Below are positions 38,393-44,014 of a DNA stretch of 44,014 bases, piece by piece. Each line of letters begins with the position of its first letter. Position 1 is the stretch's first letter. The stretch lies in the NCBI GenBank assembly GCA_905331295.1, contig CAJNYD010000203.1:66114-110127 (forward strand). Reading direction: 5' to 3'. The DNA comes from Rotaria socialis. Lineage: Eukaryota. The position numbers were made by a program, and so were the translations under genes. The notes beneath the pieces are model-generated. The model saw only the letters and a list, made by a program, of their open reading frames with translations, was not told the origin of the DNA and ran no database searches.

Positions 38393-40327
38393 TATCTTAT
38401 CGCTTTTCTAATGTTTCGAGGTATCGTGTGGTTGCTTTTACTCTCAATGATTTGCCAATGCTTGGTATATGTTTCGAATGAATTTTAATTTATTACTTGT
38501 GGCATCCTGAAAGGGAAGATAAAAAAATTCTGAACAGGCGAAACAACTTTATATATTTTCGTTACTCTGTTTTTTGTGCAACATCCTTTAGTTTCATTTC
38601 AATATAGGTAGCAGAAAGACACAAGAAAAGAAGAAAGGATAGACAGAGAGAATGCATAGGTTATACACGCACACCTTACCTCCACTTGCTCTCTTTGAAA
38701 GTCTATTATTGTAAGAAAGTTATTTTACGTTTTCTTTTCGTCGGTAATATTAGCGTATGGCATCACAGACAGTAAGGAAAAACAAATCTTTTCTAATCTT
38801 TCCTGAATCCTAATTTAATACTAAGAATTAAGAGTTAGAATCTTCTATTCACTTGAATTACAAATTTCTTCGATCATGAATAGTAGAAGAGCACGTAAAA
38901 TATTGTTGGGTTTGAGAAAAATAAACCGATAAGGTTCTAGATGATAATCTAGTTGTTAAAAAGACTGAGAAAAAAAATCTTGATTAAATGAGCCAAAGAG
39001 TATTTTTCAATCTAATGAAAGGCAAGCGCCGCAGTGATTACAGTTGAATTAGATTGAAATCATAGGAGCATTATTGGTTAAATCAATGAAAACATGAAAC
39101 GCTTATTTTCTCTCTCTTGAAAAACACAGAAAAAATAATAGCATGCTAATAGGATATAGCTTAATTGGTGTATTATTTATCACATGACTATTTTTATTAT
39201 TCAATGGCAGAAAATGAAACGAAGTTAATTAGACGAAAATTTGAGCTAGCTTTCAAATCGTTTACATAACTATAATAATGTTTAAATAGAACTAAATTGC
39301 AAATGAAGATTTTCATATAGAACTAAAATAGACAAGATACTGCTACACATAGTTTAACTACTTGGATAATTTAGTGGTAGTGTATTCTCTTACAATACTT
39401 TCTCTTGTGAAGTACCATTTATCTATAGTTGCTTATTCTATCCAGTTCTATATAAACGAAAATGTGTAAAATAACGTTAGCTAGTTCGCATTTCATTATG
39501 AGAAGTATTATAATAAAAAGAAATATAAAATGTTTAATCAAGCACATGGATAGGCGAGTCAATTAAGTCTCATTCACCCTTTCTCAACACAATCCATATT
39601 TTAATTAGTTCTCATCTCTTAATTTTCATCTCGATTTACTTAACCAAAAATAAAAATACTTATACGATGAAAGTACAAGATTTGTTAAATATAGGCAAGC
39701 TTTGTTTCAAAGCCTATCGTAGCAGATAATGCATAAAAATAGGCTAAAAACCACTATGTTTCATTGAAAGTTGTATACAAGGGGTCTACCTAAAAACTAA
39801 TTTCATTTCAATTGATTTTTCTTATCAGTTTATGCAAAAATTTGTGAAATTTCCATCTTGAGATTCTACACGGCTGCCATCATAGAAAAATCAATAGAAT
39901 AATTTGAAGTACTTGTCAACGATGCTTTTATTATACTACGTAAACTGCCATATGGAGACAAAGTAAACCTTGCACCGGTATAAAGGTAAGAACATCATAC
40001 CAATAACGACGAAAAATATAAATAGGTCTGATACAGCGTTAATGAGATTTTTTCTTGTGACTGAATCTGTATTAATAAAACACATTCTATTAGCAATTCA
40101 AAATTCGATTTGTTATTATTGCATAAATAATTGAAAAGTTTGTTGATATAGAAATCATTTTTTTTAAAGAAAAATGACACGTTTTTCGTAACATTCATTT
40201 TCTAACGAATACTGTATATTGACTGATCTAACACGATGATCACTATTTCAGTCATGATTCGACGATGAAACTCATTATTATTTTATTGACATACTATACT
40301 TCGAAAATATGAAAATAGCTTACTCAG

Positions 40328-40430
40328 CAAGGGGGAAAGTGCTGGCTCCAAGCACCAAAATTTACTATAAAGTGCTGAAGGTGCTGAATAGGCGCTGAAG
40401 GTGCTGAACACGTGCTGAAGGTGCTAAAGG
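40328..40430 (+). mobile_element. Orphan left end of a CAAGGGGG-terminal transposon
   Basis: caagggggaaagtgctggctccaagcacc followed by aggtgctga repeats. It is a diverged copy of the end at 40572; no separate matching right end lies in the window. Confidence 0.75.
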
Positions 40431-42187
40431 TATTAGTAGTTGTCGAAAAGCTACAGAAAAATAAAGGAGCAGTATACAACAGGATGACTTAATTCTCTAT
40501 TAAACTCATTCTTTTCCCGCAATCTTGCTGAATACACTAATTCCATAATCAAATCAGAGGTGTGCCAAATTCAAGGGGGAAAGTGCTGGCACCCAGCACC
40601 GAAAAGTGCTGGATAGGTGCTGAGGTGCTGAATATATGCTGAGGTGCTGAACAGGTGCTGAGTTGCTGAATAGGTGCTGAGGTGCTCAACAGGTGCTGAA
40701 CAGGTGCTGAGATGCCAATTGATTTTTTTAGGATACCACATAGACTAAATCACTACATTGTGATTGATTAAGAGCGCTCTCTATCAGATTCATTGTGTTA
40801 CTTCCATACTAGCGAATTATTTAAGTATCCAATCAGAAATTCACTCATTTTACAAAACTGCCTAATTGTAATTCAATTTTTCTTACTTAGAAGAAACTCA
40901 TTTTTGTGCTGTTTTTCAGATAAAAAAAAGAGAAGAAGTTCCGTTCAATATTTTTCAGTTACTTTACGAATTCTTATTTGTTCCATGGGATAAAATGCGT
41001 TTTTCATATTGTTTAAAGGTGGCATGTTGTCAGTAATATAGCAGTATACTAGCAGAAGTACCCAGCGTTGCCTGGAAAAGTTCACATTTAATATATGCAA
41101 ACAAAACCCCATTGTACTTGAAAAGATCTAAAACGCCTAATTAGTAGGAAGAGATATATACAACTACTATTTTTGCCCCGTGCCGATTTTGATTCCGAGC
41201 CTCGGACATATTCTAAGCCTCGATCCCACCTGATCTCGTTCACAACGAATATAGAGTAATGACATTGAAAGACGACTTCGATGTAAGGAATTCTTCGTCG
41301 TTATACATGTAGACCAATAAGACCTTAGTGGCACATAGAAATTTTATGAACTTTCTATATTTCCAAGTACATCTCGGAGCACATACTTACGTCAATTGGT
41401 TTCGCTCCCGACCGGCTCCCGTCTCACTTGGTCACGGTTCGGCCCCGATTCCGTAGCTGTCTGATTCTATATTTAGAGGGAACCAATTTGAGAATTCAAT
41501 TTTCTTACACCCATGCAAGAAAAACTCGCTTCTATCAAAACTCAACACAACCGCACATCTACTTGCTCTAGAACTGTAGGTTTAGAATATCTATTGATTA
41601 CCAGAGTTATGACAGTATATCGTGCTTTGTGCTGTTGAGAACACACTGAAATTTGATTGGTTGCAAAGAAAGATCACTTATTCGAAATTCCTACCGCAGA
41701 TGATTTTTAAAGAATCAGTTTCTCCAAAACTCTATGTGTATTTGACATGGTCCACCTAATTAAGCAACGGATCGTCTAGTAAGGTATTACGCTCGATAGT
41801 TTTCCGATTCATAATGCCCATCTTACGATCATTCAGTGACTCGTTTACTCAAAAACTCCGTGTCTGTTGATTTTGGACTAATCATGAAGTTATCGAAGTA
41901 ATTGGGTCCCAGATTCGACCTCATCACCCTCAAAAACCTCTGGTGCCATGCTTTCTGTGTGCTCACGAAGTGTTGCTCAATAGTACTTGTATACTACTGA
42001 ATGCTTAAATCTGATTGGTCAGTCACATATGCATGTTTTTTGTGGATGGAGGAACGACTAATTTTGGGAAAAAAGAATTGTTGAACTTTTTCTGGATGAA
42101 AGAAGAATTCCTGAAAATTTTAGCTGCATTTGCTCGTACGGTGTCCATATGCGTAATGAACAGACACAAACATTTGTCTACATATGT

Positions 42188-42957
42188 GGGTGGCTCCGTG
42201 GGGTTTATACGACTTTTGTGGAAAAACTATTTTTTAATTTTAATTGTCTAGTTATGGGTATCGTTGCCAAAAACGGTCTACGGTAACAGTTAAAACCTTT
42301 TTGGAACATATAAAATATGGAGAAACATATAATTTTTTTAGGAACATCTCCCACACATATAAGGGTATCTCATAATAACTGTTAATAAAGTATTAATGAT
42401 ATTTTTCATACCTTTTCTTGACATAGACGGCTAAAATTTTTATCTCACATATATCTAATAGAAATATTTTATTTTTGAAAGTTTTAGCTCTCTAACTAAA
42501 CCTACGGGTGAAATACATCAACAAGAGTGAAATACATAAATTTTTGTACTGGAATTTTGCATATTGTTATTTTGAAATTATTTCAAAAATCGAGTTCAAA
42601 AATCGATCTTTCACCAGTAGTTTAAGCTCGAGAACTGAAACTTTCAGAAATAAAAAATCGGTATTAATATATATGTAATAAAAATTTCAGCTCTCTAGTT
42701 CAAGAAAAACTATGAAAAGTACCGTTAGCAATTTATTATCAGTCATTATGGGATACCCTTTGCATGTGTAGTGTTTCTAACAAATGATGCGATTCTCCAC
42801 ATTTTATAGGTCACTAAAGGTTTTAATTGTTATCTTAGGCCATTTTCGATGACGATACGTCTAACTAGACCGTGAAGATAAATGAAAAACTTTCTTCCAG
42901 AACATTGGAACAGAATTCTCTTCTTCCGCAACGTAGTAGAAACCACACGTATTACCC
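42188..42957. mobile_element. Palindromic MITE with GGG...CCC termini, inserted in the Helitron's terminal TA-rich run
   Basis: 42188-42360 is an imperfect inverted repeat of 42761-42957 (for example gtctagtta...gtatcgt...taaca.ttaaaaccttt...tataaaat.tggagaa on both arms). The flanks gt|...|at fit a decayed AT TSD, which would tentatively suggest ISL2EU/Harbinger-like. Confidence 0.78.
42361..42760. mobile_element. Palindromic MITE (400 bp) inserted at the centre of the previous MITE
   Basis: aagggtatctcataataactg ... cagtcattatgggataccctt. The imperfect inverted repeat extends over roughly 150 bp per arm. The TSD is unclear. Confidence 0.85.
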
Positions 42958-44014
42958 ATATAGATTTTTGAGATTTGCTTTATGAAATTTTAATATTTTC
43001 ATGTAGTGGTTGTCAGAGAAGTAGAGTTTCTTCGATATCATTGAAAATAAAAAGGTCTTTTGTGAACCATTTGCACCTCATTGAATATAATTTAAGGACC
43101 AAAGAGTGTTAAAATGATATTGGAAAAGTGCTATGGTATTTTCTATCATAAATCAGTATTTTTCTATGGCAAAAACACCAAATCTGAATACTGTTACCCA
43201 ATTGCTAAGCAACTTCTGAATTAATATTTATGTTCTAATTTCCTAATCTTCACAGCGCCCACAAGTGCCGAGCAGGTGTTGAGTAGGTGTTGGGCAGGTG
43301 CTGAGGTGCCAGGGTGCTGGGTGCCAGCACTTACCCCCTTGGCCAAATTACAAACCTGACCACTAAAAAACCTGCACTTAATGTTATTAACTTAAGAGTC
43401 ATCATTGAATTTCGATTATTTTCCAGGAGTTTACGGTGCATTTTATGAAAAATCAATTTTTAACATCTGAGGTACCTACCCCTCAAGGATCGTAAAAACG
43501 TTTTAATCTAATTTTAGTGCGAGTAGTTATATTTCGATAAAGTTAAGTTTCCTGATCACAAATATCATCTTAGATTTTAAAATTCATCGGATACTAAGAA
43601 AGATCTGAAGCACTCTCGGGAAGACTTAAAAACAGCTATTGGCTCAAAGGTCCACGAATATTCGTTTTATACTGTTTGAAAATAGACCACTTCGATACAG
43701 AATGTTTTTGCCTATCAGAGTATATAAGAACGGCTTAGATATTCAAATTTTGTTTTATCGATAAATACTAAATACCGCCCCGATTGCGTCATGCAGTTAG
43801 AAATAATACTATTCTCAATTTCATAAAGTGTAGCCTTTCGAAGTTCACCAGAAAGATTGTCTTACCAGATACGTATTTAAATGTGCTCTTTCTAATGAAA
43901 GAGTTTTCAACTTAAAACTCGATGTAATGTAAAGCGTTTTCGCTCCAATACTAGTGTTGGAATCGAATTTCTGCCATTGCTTGCCTGATACTTGATAGTT
44001 TCAAACAGAATAAT

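Larger units (their letters stand above)
41049..42964 (-). mobile_element. Non-autonomous Helitron
   Basis: Minus-strand 3' end CCAGGCAACGCTGGG (hairpin) TACTTCTG CTAG|T at 41075-41048. Minus-strand 5' end A|TCTATAT at 42965-42958. It is inserted between A and T with no TSD. The 5' region is interrupted by a MITE. Confidence 0.8.
40572..43341. mobile_element. Non-autonomous TIR transposon (P-element or hAT superfamily), 2770 bp including nested insertions
   Basis: 29-bp TIRs caagggggWaagtgctggcacccagcacc (28/29 identical); perfect 8-bp TSD gccaaatt (40564-40571 and 43342-43349); subterminal aggtgctga tandem repeats. No transposase ORF seen. Confidence 0.93.

Noticed and set aside
40366..40712. 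CRISPR-like or coding interpretation of the ggtgctga repeat arrays
   Set aside because: The units are 8-12 bp with no unique spacers, the context is eukaryotic, and they are subterminal repeats of a TIR transposon.

Overview
This is a eukaryotic, strongly AT-rich window with short (about 50-85 nt) GT-AG introns. That architecture and the repeat types suggest an invertebrate, most plausibly a bdelloid rotifer; this is an inference and was not checked. Five intact spliced genes were reconstructed by hand: (1) a 10-exon three-KH poly(C)-binding protein (PCBP/hnRNP E/mub family, + strand); (2) a 4-exon protein with a ZAD-like C4 N-terminus and two C2H2 fingers (-); (3) a 9-exon C2orf81/DUF4639-like gene with an X-box-like promoter motif (-); and (4, 5) two tandem paralogous 2-exon type II membrane proteins with GT-A glycosyltransferase-like motifs (-). 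Intergenic DNA holds a dead hAT transposase, several MITEs, and a four-level transposon nest at 40.6-43.3 kb: a TIR element with a perfect 8-bp TSD contains a Helitron, which contains a palindromic MITE, which contains a second palindromic MITE. The best candidates for new biology are the tandem uncharacterised glycosyltransferase-like pair (possible horizontal-transfer origin) and the ZAD-like zinc-finger protein in an apparently non-arthropod animal. Most short ORFs in the supplied track are noise.
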